DNA from: Streptomycetaceae bacterium
GTDB taxonomy: Bacteria; Actinomycetota; Actinomycetes; Nanopelagicales; Nanopelagicaceae
Length of the DNA stretch: 64,000 nucleotides
Direction of reading: 5' to 3'
Assembly: GCA_007280125.1 (NCBI GenBank)
Contig: QYPT01000076.1
Location: forward strand, 17 to 64,016
Shown here: positions 54,256 to 63,492 of the stretch, piece after piece
Layout: each line of letters opens with the position of its first letter
How positions within the stretch are numbered: the first letter of the stretch is position 1
Program-made: the position numbers and the translations under genes
Notes under the pieces: model-generated
Told to the model about the DNA's origin: nothing
What the model saw: only the letters and a program-made list of their open reading frames with translations
The model's database searches: none

Positions 54256-55989
54256 ATGTCATCTAAACGTACTCTGCGAAGCAGTGAGTGGTTTGCAGGA
54301 AATGATGAGGTTGCGCTCTCTCATCGCGTTGTTTTGGCATCGGTCGGTTTTCAGCTCGAGCCCGATAACGAGCGGCCCATAATAGGAATTGCAGATTCCT
54401 CTAGCGACCTTAATCCTTGCAATCTTCCTTTGCGTGATTACATTGACGATATTAAAGCGGGGATTATTAAGGCCGGCGGGATTCCGATGGTCTTTCCCGT
54501 TATGTCGATGGGCGAAGATTTAATGAAGCCTTCGGCGATGCTCTATCGAAATTTGCTCTCCATGGAAGTTGAGGAATATCTTCGCTCCTATCCGCTAGAT
54601 GGCGTTGTATTGCTTGCTAACTGCGATAAGAGTGTTCCTGGAGCACTTATGGGCGCAGCAAGTTCTAATCTCCCAACAATTATGTTTACTGCTGGTGCAC
54701 GGCCTGCACCCGTTTACAAAGGTAAAAGAATTGGCACAGGGACCGATCTTTGGAGAATGTGGGCAGATTTCAGAGCTGGAAATATTTCGCAAGAAGAATG
54801 GCGCGAGTTTGAAGGCTGCCTCAACTGCGGCTTAGGTTCTTGCAACACGATGGGTACTGCATCCTCAGTAGCGTTAATGGTTGAAGCACTTGGTATGTCA
54901 TTGCCTGGTACATCCACAATTCCTGCTGGTGATCCCGATCGCAAGACTGCAGCCTTCGACTCAGGCGTTGAAATTGTCACAATGGTGAACGAACAGGTAT
55001 TACCGTCGGATGTAATGACCCCCAAAGCATTTCGTAATGCCGTGCGCGTGCTTCATGCATGCGGTGGTTCGACAAATGCCATCATTCACTTGTTGGCTAT
55101 TTCTGGTCGCATTGGCGGAGAGTTAACTCTCGACGACATTGGCCGCCTTGGTGAAAATATTCCAGTTCTTGCCGATGTCGAACCCTCCGGTAGCGGGCTC
55201 ATGCAAGATTTTCATCGCTCTGGTGGATTTCCGGCGCTGGCATTTGAAATGAAGGAACTACTTGAACTGGATGCACAAGTCCTTACGGGCAAAACTTTAG
55301 CTGAATATATTTCACCCAAGAAAGCCCTTGGTAGCGCCATTCGATCGATAGATAATCCGCTCCAAAATACGGGAGCATTTAAAGTCGTCGCCGGAAATCT
55401 TGCCCTCAAAGGCGCCGTTATTAAAGTTTCGGCAGCCTCACCCGAATTAATGAAACACGTCGGCCCGGCAATTGTTTTTACTGGATATAAAGATATGCGC
55501 GAGCGAATTGATGATCCCGATCTTCCTGTAACAAAAGATAGCGTTCTAGTGCTTACAGGTTGTGGCGCAGTGGGAGTTCCTGGTATGCCCGAGTGGGGAA
55601 TGATTCCGATTCCAAAGAAACTTGCTGCTGAAGGAATCATTGACATGGTTCGCGTGACAGATTCTCGAATGAGCGGCACTTCATTTGGAACGTGTGTTCT
55701 ACATGTATCGCCAGAAGGTGCTGTTGGTGGCTTAATAGATATGGTCTGCGATGGAGATCTCATTGAATTAAATGTAGCTCAAGGAACTCTGACACTTGTG
55801 GTTTCCGAAAAAGAGCTAGAAGCAAGAAAAGAAGCCTGGTCACCCGCTAAAAGCGAACATTTGCGGGGATGGCCAGCCTTGTATCAATCACATGTACTTC
55901 AACCCGATGAAGGATGTGACTTCGATTTCCTACGTGCTGCAACGACTGAGTCTCGTAGGTTTGTTTCGCCTGTGGTAGGTCGTTCATGA
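54256..55989 (+). CDS. IlvD/Edd-family sugar-acid dehydratase, paralogue 2
   Basis: 577 aa. It shows LRSSEWFAG, NCDKSVPG, GLGSCNTMGTASS, GGSTNAIIHL, and TDSRMSGTSFGTCVLHVSPEGAVGG. Confidence 0.9.
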   Translation: MSSKRTLRSSEWFAGNDEVALSHRVVLASVGFQLEPDNERPIIGIADSSSDLNPCNLPLRDYIDDIKAGIIKAGGIPMVFPVMSMGEDLMKPSAMLYRNLLSMEVEEYLRSYPLDGVVLLANCDKSVPGALMGAASSNLPTIMFTAGARPAPVYKGKRIGTGTDLWRMWADFRAGNISQEEWREFEGCLNCGLGSCNTMGTASSVALMVEALGMSLPGTSTIPAGDPDRKTAAFDSGVEIVTMVNEQVLPSDVMTPKAFRNAVRVLHACGGSTNAIIHLLAISGRIGGELTLDDIGRLGENIPVLADVEPSGSGLMQDFHRSGGFPALAFEMKELLELDAQVLTGKTLAEYISPKKALGSAIRSIDNPLQNTGAFKVVAGNLALKGAVIKVSAASPELMKHVGPAIVFTGYKDMRERIDDPDLPVTKDSVLVLTGCGAVGVPGMPEWGMIPIPKKLAAEGIIDMVRVTDSRMSGTSFGTCVLHVSPEGAVGGLIDMVCDGDLIELNVAQGTLTLVVSEKELEARKEAWSPAKSEHLRGWPALYQSHVLQPDEGCDFDFLRAATTESRRFVSPVVGRS

Positions 55990-56036
55990 CCACAGAACGA
56001 TTCAACGTAAATAACCAGTCACTTACAGGAGGACTC

Positions 56037-57350
56037 ATGAAGAAAAAGTTCATCGTTGCAAGCGTATTAGCGGTTGCCCTTGCACTTGCGGGCTGCAGCA
56101 GTTCATCAGATAAGACTTCGGCAAGTTCGGAATCAACAGTTTCCGATGCCCCAGTCACGCTTACTCTCTGGCACAACTTGGGTGATACTCAAAATGGAGT
56201 GGCTGTAAAGGCGTTGACAGAGGCCTACACGGCGCTTCACCCAAATGTTACTTTCAATTTAGTTAGTCAGCCCGCTGATAACTACTTTGCGCTGCTTCAA
56301 GCAGCAGCTGTTTCAAAAACAGGTCCTGACCTAGCTCTCATGTGGTGTTGCCTCTTTATTCATAAAAGTTATTTGGCAAACCTCAAAGGCCTAGTTCCGG
56401 ATGAAGCACTTGCCCGTATGGGTGGATTGGAATGGACCGCAGACAATTTTGATATTGCCAATGGTCCTAACATCATGCTTACTGATCGTCAGTTCTATAT
56501 GGGCTTTTACAATAAAGAGGCCTTTACCAAAGCTGGCGTAACTTCCGTTCCAAAGACGTGGGATGAACTTTATGCCGCATGCGGAAAGTTGAAATCATCA
56601 GGCTACACACCAATGGTTTATGGAAATGGCGGGCAAAGCTTAGGAGCCCTCTACTACCCATGGTATGACTCCAGTTATATAACAATTGGTCAAGCTTCCT
56701 CTACCGGGTTCCGTGATCTTTACAGTGGAAAAAATCAATGGGATTCTCCTTCAAACGTAGCTGCATACGAAAAATATGCTGCGTTGAAAACTAAGGGTTG
56801 CACAAACTCAGACATACTCACCAAAACCAATAACATGGATGACTTCCTTGGCGGAAAAGCAGCGATGATTATTGATGGCACGTGGGATACACAGAAGTTC
56901 ACCGACAAATTCGGAGACAAGGTTGGCGCATTTGTGCCTCCATTCTCTGATGCCCCAATGACTGGTGTTGTTCAAATGGCTGGACAAGGTATTTCAATTA
57001 TGAAGTACTCAAAGAACATCACGGCAGCAGCAGGATTTGTTACATTCATGACAACAGATGAGGCAAGCGCAATCTTTGATAAAGCGGGACTCATTCCAAA
57101 CGTCATTGGATCAACAACTTCTAACCCTGTTAATAAAGAGATGCTTGCTTTCACTGAAACAGGTGGTCTCACAGCATTCCCAATGCTCGATAACGTCATC
57201 CAAGGTGATGTTGTTGATGCTGGCAATAAGATTATTCCATCCATTTTGGCGGGGAAGATCAAGCCAGCGGCAGCGCTTAAACAGTTAAGGCAGGTATGGG
57301 AGCAACTTGCAGCCGATGCCAAGACCGAAACGTATAAGTTACCTGATTAA
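56037..57350 (+). CDS. sugar ABC transporter substrate-binding lipoprotein (family 1)
   Basis: ORF 55986..57350. I prefer the ATG at 56037, which is preceded by AGGAGGA. The lipobox is LALAGCSSSSDK. Confidence 0.9.
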   Translation: MKKKFIVASVLAVALALAGCSSSSDKTSASSESTVSDAPVTLTLWHNLGDTQNGVAVKALTEAYTALHPNVTFNLVSQPADNYFALLQAAAVSKTGPDLALMWCCLFIHKSYLANLKGLVPDEALARMGGLEWTADNFDIANGPNIMLTDRQFYMGFYNKEAFTKAGVTSVPKTWDELYAACGKLKSSGYTPMVYGNGGQSLGALYYPWYDSSYITIGQASSTGFRDLYSGKNQWDSPSNVAAYEKYAALKTKGCTNSDILTKTNNMDDFLGGKAAMIIDGTWDTQKFTDKFGDKVGAFVPPFSDAPMTGVVQMAGQGISIMKYSKNITAAAGFVTFMTTDEASAIFDKAGLIPNVIGSTTSNPVNKEMLAFTETGGLTAFPMLDNVIQGDVVDAGNKIIPSILAGKIKPAAALKQLRQVWEQLAADAKTETYKLPD

Positions 57351-57377
57351 GCAGTATCAAGAGTAAACAATAGGTAG

Positions 57378-57423
57378 ATTGGAGCCAAAGAGAGGACGCA
57401 GATGTCCTCTCTTTGGCTCCAAT
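57378..57423 (+). terminator. 20-bp perfect stem-loop between the SBP and permease genes
   Basis: attggagccaaagagaggac / gcagat / gtcctctctttggctccaat. No U-tract follows, and the permease gene starts 31 nt later. Confidence 0.6.
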
Positions 57424-57454
57424 TCATTCAGATTAAAGGAACGAGAAAAAAGAA

Positions 57455-58330
57455 ATGAGAACGTCAGCATTACATCAGCAACGAGCTAGAACAGGCATGC
57501 TCTTCTCGGCACCAGCGTTCTTACTCGTAGCAGCATTTTTGGGTCTTCCGATTTATCAAGCTATGTATTATTCGATGACTAAATGGGATGGAATTGTTTC
57601 CAAATGGATAGGGCCCGATACCTTTATCCGAGAATTCAAAAGTCCCATTTTTTGGAGAGTTCTCGAAAATAACGCACTCTTACTTTTAGCCGTCCCCGTT
57701 GCGATTATCGTTCCTATGGGAATCGCTTACATGCTTAACGAAAAAGTTGTGGGTTGGAAATTCTTTCGTACTATTTACTTTCTACCTACGGCCATTTCAT
57801 GGGTAGTTATAGGAATGGTTTCGCTTCGCTTCTTCGCACAGCAGGGACTTCTGAATGATTTACTTAAGGGTTTCGGATTAGGGTTTATTCATACCGATTT
57901 ACTCTCTTCAGAACGTGGTGCGCTGGTAGCTGTAGGAATTACATTCATATGGTCAATGGTGGGCACAAATAGCATAATTTTTCTTACTGGCATGGCCACT
58001 CTTGATATGTCTTTGAACGAAGCAGCACGTATGGATGGGGCTAATTCGCTGAGGATATTTTGGAACATCACGCTTCCGCAACTAAAACGTTTTATTCAGT
58101 TCTCTTTCATCATTACGGTAATCAGTGCTTTTACTGCGCTTTTCAGTTTGATCTTTGTAATGACCGGTGGGGGACCAGGGTTTGGTACCACGACATTAGA
58201 GTTCTTTGTATATCAGAGCGCCTTCTCACGTGGAAATTTTGGAATGGGTGCAATGCTTGGAGTTATTCTCTTCTTTATCATGGCCATATTGGGATCTGCC
58301 CAACTTTTGCTAATTCGGAATAAAGAGTAA
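57455..58330 (+). CDS. sugar ABC transporter permease (MalF-like)
   Basis: 291 aa. The EAA loop is NEAARMDGANSLRIFWNITLPQL. Confidence 0.9.
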   Translation: MRTSALHQQRARTGMLFSAPAFLLVAAFLGLPIYQAMYYSMTKWDGIVSKWIGPDTFIREFKSPIFWRVLENNALLLLAVPVAIIVPMGIAYMLNEKVVGWKFFRTIYFLPTAISWVVIGMVSLRFFAQQGLLNDLLKGFGLGFIHTDLLSSERGALVAVGITFIWSMVGTNSIIFLTGMATLDMSLNEAARMDGANSLRIFWNITLPQLKRFIQFSFIITVISAFTALFSLIFVMTGGGPGFGTTTLEFFVYQSAFSRGNFGMGAMLGVILFFIMAILGSAQLLLIRNKE

Positions 58331-58334
58331 TCCG

Positions 58335-59135
58335 ATGAAATTAAAGAATTCTTTCACTTTTCTGCTGATGAGCGTCTTAGCAGTTGTGATGCTCTATCCA
58401 TTCGGCTTCATGATTAATACGTCATTCAAATCTAAAGCACAGTTTTTAGGGGAACCAGGACATTCACTTATTTCCTGGAGGAAGATCTTCTCCGTCATGC
58501 CAGTTGGCCAGCAATTGCTTAATTCTACTTTAGTCTGTGCTGGAGCAATCGCGATTATTCTTTTTGTTAGCTCGCTTGCCGGATTTGCTCTCGCAAAATT
58601 AACCTTTAGATTCTCACCAGTTGTTTTGCTCGGAATTGTGGGAGCTATGTTGATTCCATTGCAGTCAATCATTATTCCCGCGTATATCAACGCAAGTAAC
58701 TGGCATTTACTCAGTGGATACTGGGCTGCAATCTTGGTCTATGCAGCTTTGGGAACTCCGTTTGCCACCTTTCTTATGACTTCATATTTCCGAGGCATCC
58801 CCGATGAATTAATCGAGGCGGCGGTAGTTGATGGCCTGAGTTATGCAAATGTATTTCGTCGAATTGCACTTCCATTATCTGTGCCGGCGCTTATAACAAT
58901 TGTTGTTTTGCAATTTATTCAAATTTGGGATGATCTATTGGTAGGACTTCTTTTCTTGCAAGATCAAAACTACAGAACAATTACCGTAGGACTTGGTGCC
59001 TTGGCATCGGGACGAACAACCGATGTGACGGTACTAATGGCCGGATCAATAATTAGCGCAATTCCTGCAATCGTCGTTTATTTGATCTTCCAAAAGCAAC
59101 TCGTAAATGGACTCACAGCAGGAATCGGTAAGTAA
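58335..59135 (+). CDS. sugar ABC transporter permease (MalG-like)
   Basis: 266 aa. The EAA loop is IEAAVVDGLSYANVFRRIALPL. Confidence 0.9.
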   Translation: MKLKNSFTFLLMSVLAVVMLYPFGFMINTSFKSKAQFLGEPGHSLISWRKIFSVMPVGQQLLNSTLVCAGAIAIILFVSSLAGFALAKLTFRFSPVVLLGIVGAMLIPLQSIIIPAYINASNWHLLSGYWAAILVYAALGTPFATFLMTSYFRGIPDELIEAAVVDGLSYANVFRRIALPLSVPALITIVVLQFIQIWDDLLVGLLFLQDQNYRTITVGLGALASGRTTDVTVLMAGSIISAIPAIVVYLIFQKQLVNGLTAGIGK

Positions 59136-59144
59136 TCATGAAAC

Positions 59145-59933
59145 GTGAACGGATTTCTCATGGCTGACGATTCTTTATTAGAGATAGTTGGAGAAGAGAT
59201 ATCTCTCATTGTTAATTTATCTCTCGGTTCCCGCGTAACTTCATTGAAATGGCATGGACTTGAATTTGTTGTGCAACCCAGGCCGAGTTTGATGGATTGG
59301 GGGTGGTATGCAATGGTGCCATGGGCGGGTCGGGTTAAGAATGGATTGATTAATGACAAGTCTGGCAAAGAGTTTTTATTGCCCGTTGACTGGGAACCAC
59401 CTCATGCCGAACATGGGTACGGATTCTATTCAGCGTGGGAGAAGACGAGTGCGACCTCGTCACGCTTAGAGATGCCTGCTCCTTATTCACCTGCGGTGGC
59501 CGAACAAAGATTTGAAGTTAAGGGCAATTCAGTGCATTGGAGTCTGGAATATTCGGCTAATGGTTGTGAGATCCCTGCCTGGCTCGGATTTCATCCTTGG
59601 TTTCGTAGCCAATTGGAAAAAGGCGAGAGCGCCATTGTTGAATTTGAAGCAGATCGTATGTTGGTTAAGGGTTTGGATGTAATGCCCACTGGAGAATATT
59701 CATCTCCTAAACCTCCTCCATGGGATGACGCCTTCACGGATTTCAAAAGATTACCCACCATCACCTGGCCGGGGGCCGCAAAAGTGAGCGTGACTTCACC
59801 TGCACCATGGTGGGTTATTTACACTGAAGACCCGGTGGGCGTTTGCGTTGAACCGCAAAGCGCGCCGCCAGATGCGGCCAATCTCGGCATAACAGGTGAG
59901 CATCACATAGAAGCAGTATTCACTTTTTCTTAA
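59145..59933 (+). CDS. aldose 1-epimerase (mutarotase)-like protein
   Basis: 262 aa. It shows ..MVPWAGRVKNG..., ..PHAEHGYGF.., and a beta-rich composition. The assignment is tentative, and the start could be the ATG at 59160. Confidence 0.55.
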   Translation: MNGFLMADDSLLEIVGEEISLIVNLSLGSRVTSLKWHGLEFVVQPRPSLMDWGWYAMVPWAGRVKNGLINDKSGKEFLLPVDWEPPHAEHGYGFYSAWEKTSATSSRLEMPAPYSPAVAEQRFEVKGNSVHWSLEYSANGCEIPAWLGFHPWFRSQLEKGESAIVEFEADRMLVKGLDVMPTGEYSSPKPPPWDDAFTDFKRLPTITWPGAAKVSVTSPAPWWVIYTEDPVGVCVEPQSAPPDAANLGITGEHHIEAVFTFS

Positions 59934-59990
59934 AGTAACATTCCGGCAAAATACGATGAACTAATAAAACGAAAACAAAGGGGCCACACG

Positions 59991-61154
59991 GTGAAGATAA
60001 CGAAAATATCCACGACAGTTATCAATGCGAATATGCGCAACTGGGTAATTCTGAGCGTTTTCACGGACCAGCCAGGACTTATAGGAATCGGCGAGGCCTC
60101 TCTGGAGTTTCAGACAATGGCGGTGGTTGGAGCGATTGAAGATCTTGCCCCTTTGGTAATTGGACAAGATCCGCGTGATATCGAGAAGCTATGGCAAATC
60201 ATGTATCGCCATCCGTTCTTCAAAGGCGGCGTTGTGACGATGACTGCACTCAGTGGTATCGATCAAGCACTGTGGGATATAAGTGCTAAAGCATTGGAAG
60301 TCCCGCTGTGGAGGATTCTCGGTGGTAGGGCCCGAGATCGTGTTCGTATGTACGATCATCTTGGTGGAGGTAATTCAGATGCCGTGTATAACGCAGATAC
60401 TGTCGATGAATTTGCTGCAAAAATAAAACAGACAGTTGCTGATGGTTTTACTGCAGTAAAGATTTTAGCTGTTCCACAATCCGCCCCATTAGGGGAGAAT
60501 GCAAAGCTACGGCATGCAGAAGAACTAATGGGCGCTGCCCGTGATGCAGGCGGCCCTGACCTAGATATCATGATTGATTTTCATGGACGAACTACTGCTG
60601 CGATGGCAATTCAATATGCCAAGGTCTTAGAGCCGTTTCGCCCATTCTTTCTTGAAGAAGTTGTGCCACCAGATCAGCATGAAGCTATGGTTCGGGCTCG
60701 ACGCGGGATAAACGTTCCGCTTGCCGCAGGTGAGCGATTGTTAACGCGAATGGAATTCTTGCCCCTCTTGAGAGATGGACTTATAGATGTTGCGCAACCA
60801 GATGTATGTCACGCTGGAGGAATCACTGAACTTAGGAAGATTTCAGCGCTCTGTGACACATTTGGAGTCACTATGGCGCCGCATAATCCGCTCGGTCCAG
60901 TTGCAACGATGGTCAATATTCACCTCGCCCTTGCGACTTCAAATTTCTTGATTCAAGAAGTTATGAGAGCAGATGTTCCTTGGCGCCAGGACGTATTTAC
61001 AACCATGCCTGAATTAAAAGATGGTCACATTCTCGCTCCAACGGGTATTGGAATCGGTATCGAGATTAACGAAAGTGAAGCCAAGAAACATCCTTACCAA
61101 CCAGTGACAGCGACGCAGTGGTATCACGACGATGGATCAGTAGCCGACTGGTAA
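59991..61154 (+). CDS. dgoD: enolase-superfamily sugar-acid dehydratase, D-galactonate dehydratase type
   Basis: 387 aa with a GTG start. It is collinear with E. coli DgoD as I recall it: MKITKI.., LIGQDP..I..LWQ.MYR, GIDQALWDI, LAAGER, QPD..HAGGITE, APHNPLGP, and the C-terminus DDGSVADW. Confidence 0.82.
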   Translation: MKITKISTTVINANMRNWVILSVFTDQPGLIGIGEASLEFQTMAVVGAIEDLAPLVIGQDPRDIEKLWQIMYRHPFFKGGVVTMTALSGIDQALWDISAKALEVPLWRILGGRARDRVRMYDHLGGGNSDAVYNADTVDEFAAKIKQTVADGFTAVKILAVPQSAPLGENAKLRHAEELMGAARDAGGPDLDIMIDFHGRTTAAMAIQYAKVLEPFRPFFLEEVVPPDQHEAMVRARRGINVPLAAGERLLTRMEFLPLLRDGLIDVAQPDVCHAGGITELRKISALCDTFGVTMAPHNPLGPVATMVNIHLALATSNFLIQEVMRADVPWRQDVFTTMPELKDGHILAPTGIGIGIEINESEAKKHPYQPVTATQWYHDDGSVADW

Positions 61155-62011
61155 AGCAGTTCCATCGCTTCGATATCTCGCGGTGAAACACCGCAGCACC
61201 CACCAATAATGGTTGCGCCTAGTTCGATCCATTCTGCAAGTAGATCGGGAGCAAATCGACCATTGGGTTTGCCAATCCACTCTTTCTTGGAGGCATCCCA
61301 TTTTCGTCCAGCGTTGGGATAGAGGACAAATGGGAAATCAATTTCGGCAGAATTAAGAAGCGGGGCAATGAATTCGGGGGCGGTGCAGTTGATGCCTACA
61401 GCTAGAGCGTATTTTCTTTCGGCAACAATTTGCGCAGCTTCGCGAAAAGGTTGACCTGCATTTGTTTGATTGCCTTCTTTACAGGAGTAGGAAACCCAAA
61501 AGGGAATATCGCTTCCGGTTTCATCCAATAGGTCTAGAAGGACTTCAACTTCCTCGATATCGGGCATAGTCTCCATGGCCAGAATATCTGGCTGCGTCTC
61601 AATCAAAATATCAAGGCGCTGCTTATGAAATTCGCGCAATACTGAACGTGAGACTCCATAGCGCCCACGATATTCAGATCCGTCGGAAAGGGATGCGCCA
61701 TAGGGACCAACACTTGCCGCTACTTGAACGTCGTGATCAGAAGCCGCGCTTCTGGCAAGTTCGGTTGAGAGATTAAGCGTTGAAATTACATCCGACTTAC
61801 TCCATCCTCGGATATCGCAGCCAGAGAAAGAAACTTGATAAGCAGAAGTAATGATGATCTGGGCACCAGCGTTGACGAAATCACGATGTGCTTTCTCAAT
61901 TTCCCTTGGCGCGGTGCGTAGAAGTTCGCCCGTCCATAAAGATCCAGTGAGTTTATTTCCATTGGCTTCTAGGGCAGTGGATAAACCACCATCAAGTTTG
62001 CGAACTAGCAT
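61124..62011 (-). CDS. mmuM: homocysteine S-methyltransferase
   Basis: ORF 61124..62110. I prefer the ATG at 62011 (MLVRKLDGGLSTALE...). It shows GINCT and IIGGCCGV (Zn-binding cysteines). There is a 31-nt convergent overlap with dgoD. Confidence 0.82.
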   Translation of the reverse strand: MLVRKLDGGLSTALEANGNKLTGSLWTGELLRTAPREIEKAHRDFVNAGAQIIITSAYQVSFSGCDIRGWSKSDVISTLNLSTELARSAASDHDVQVAASVGPYGASLSDGSEYRGRYGVSRSVLREFHKQRLDILIETQPDILAMETMPDIEEVEVLLDLLDETGSDIPFWVSYSCKEGNQTNAGQPFREAAQIVAERKYALAVGINCTAPEFIAPLLNSAEIDFPFVLYPNAGRKWDASKKEWIGKPNGRFAPDLLAEWIELGATIIGGCCGVSPRDIEAMELLYQSATDPSS

Positions 62012-62037
62012 TCGCCCATCGTAGTCAAGAAGTAGCT

Positions 62038-62820
62038 TTAACAGGGCAGGACTGTTTGAACCCGAAGGCGCAATTGCGTGCGATGTGGAGCGGCAGTCGT
62101 CAACGACCAATCTCCACCTGTGGCGAGATCGTAAATGGCAGAACCCATTCCACGAATCGGTGCAACAGGATGGTCGCCATCGTTAGTAATCACGAACTCA
62201 AGGGAGGAATCCTCCAACTGCCGCACTTTGATTTCAATGCCACTGGTGGCCCCATGTTTCAAAGCATTATTAATCGCTTCCTCTACTGCCAATCCGCAGG
62301 TCTGCACGATCGGCAAAGGTATATCTGTATGAACCTCGCAGACCAAGCCAATAGGAAGCAAGCAATTCCAGAGCTCAACACGCAAATCTAATTCCTCATG
62401 CAGGGACTGTTGATGAATGGTTTTAGGTTCGATTGGTTGGCACAGCAATTCTTGGGCAACTTCGATGACCTTTTGAAGGGCTTCTTCGGTACGAGCTTTA
62501 TGTGCTTGATCAAGAAGCAAGGCAATTGCTAGAAACCTAGATTGCAGCTCACCATGTGTGTAGTGAGCCCACTTCTTAAGATGCGTCGACTTCTCTACAG
62601 CTGCAAAATCGGTGAGCGAAGTTTCTGCCGCTTGCTTCCAATAGCGGTGAGAAAGTGACCGAAGTCCGCCTGCCGCTTCCTTTCTAATATTTTGGGCAGC
62701 AATGGCTGGATCTTGCCTGCCAACGGAGATTAGATGAATCTCTTTCGTGAGAAGTTCAAAGGAGCTCTGAATATCTCTTGGTATGCGCGTTGAGAGATTT
62801 GACTCTGAAATATCGGACAT
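62038..62820 (-). CDS. cytoplasmic (TM-less) histidine-kinase paralogue (HK3)
   Basis: 260 aa. Motifs are H-box WAHYTHGELQSRF, N-box VEEAINNALKHG, G1 TNDGDH and G2 GMGSAIY. I saw no hydrophobic helices. It lies 4 nt downstream of the split regulator. Confidence 0.7.
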   Translation of the reverse strand: MSDISESNLSTRIPRDIQSSFELLTKEIHLISVGRQDPAIAAQNIRKEAAGGLRSLSHRYWKQAAETSLTDFAAVEKSTHLKKWAHYTHGELQSRFLAIALLLDQAHKARTEEALQKVIEVAQELLCQPIEPKTIHQQSLHEELDLRVELWNCLLPIGLVCEVHTDIPLPIVQTCGLAVEEAINNALKHGATSGIEIKVRQLEDSSLEFVITNDGDHPVAPIRGMGSAIYDLATGGDWSLTTAAPHRTQLRLRVQTVLPC

Positions 62821-62824
62821 TCAC

Positions 62825-63492
62825 TTATCTTCCTCTAAGCAAATTAAAATATGTGCGAGCAATCTGTACCCGTTGATTAGTTGTTTCATCATGTTCGAAA
62901 CGAAGAATTTTTGCCAGACGAGAAATAGAATTCTCCGTCGATTTCACGGTGGTGAAGCGACGCTTTGAAATCTCCGCATTCGATAGGCCCAAAGCAATCA
63001 ATCTCATCAATTCAATTTGTGTATCGGTAAGGGTATCTTCTTTTGATACTCATTTGACAGAAGAGATCTTTTACTATCAGGGTTGCGGCTCATTTCGATT
63101 GCTTCCTGAATGCCGTTTAATATCGCCTCTTGTGCGCCTATATGAGATTTCTCGAGATAAACAACATTCGGCGGCACTGTTCGTAAGTTAGGTCGCAACA
63201 ATCGAGGATCAGGAATAACTGTCAACACAACAATGGCTACCTTGGGATCTTTTTCTCGCATTGCATATGCAATATCAATGCCGGTAGGTCCTTCACCTAA
63301 ATCGATATCTAGAGTCACTACATCAGGACGATGTAAGTAAAATAGTTGCATTGCTGATTGCGCATTAGCTGCACCAGCCACAACATTAAGTCCATTAGCT
63401 TCTAGTGAGTCGCTCAATACAAGTCGCTGGAAATTTTCATCTTCGACGACAAGAACATCAAGGCTCGGATTAACTTCTACCGTGGTTGTCAT
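62825..63492 (-). pseudogene. LuxR-type response regulator (RR3) split by a 1-nt frameshift between the receiver and the HTH
   Basis: The receiver ORF is 63492..63007 (VLVVEDE ... VVTLDIDLGEGPTGID ... VVLTV ... YLEK). The HTH frame is open from 63049 and reads (V)SKEDTLTDTQIELMRLIALGLSNAEISKRRFTTVKSTENSISRL.... Adding one A to the A4 run (63044..63041) fuses both frames into a protein of about 220 aa, collinear with RR1/RR2. Confidence 0.7.

Noticed and set aside
55212-55763. Long antisense or alternative-frame ORFs lie inside recognised genes. Examples are 55212..55763(-), 28654..29196(+), 17558..18007(+), 9567..9974(+), 44389..44832(+) and 46640..47086(-).
   Set aside because: Each is fully embedded in a gene with clear family motifs on the other strand. 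Their translations are low-complexity (S/P/A/R-rich) shadow frames with no recognisable motifs.
63010-63049. Programmed -1 ribosomal frameshifting was considered as the explanation for the split RR3.
   Set aside because: The site (U CAA AAG) is not a canonical X XXY YYZ heptamer, and I see no obvious downstream stimulatory structure. A homopolymer indel, real or artefactual, is the more economical explanation. The case is kept as a finding for verification only.
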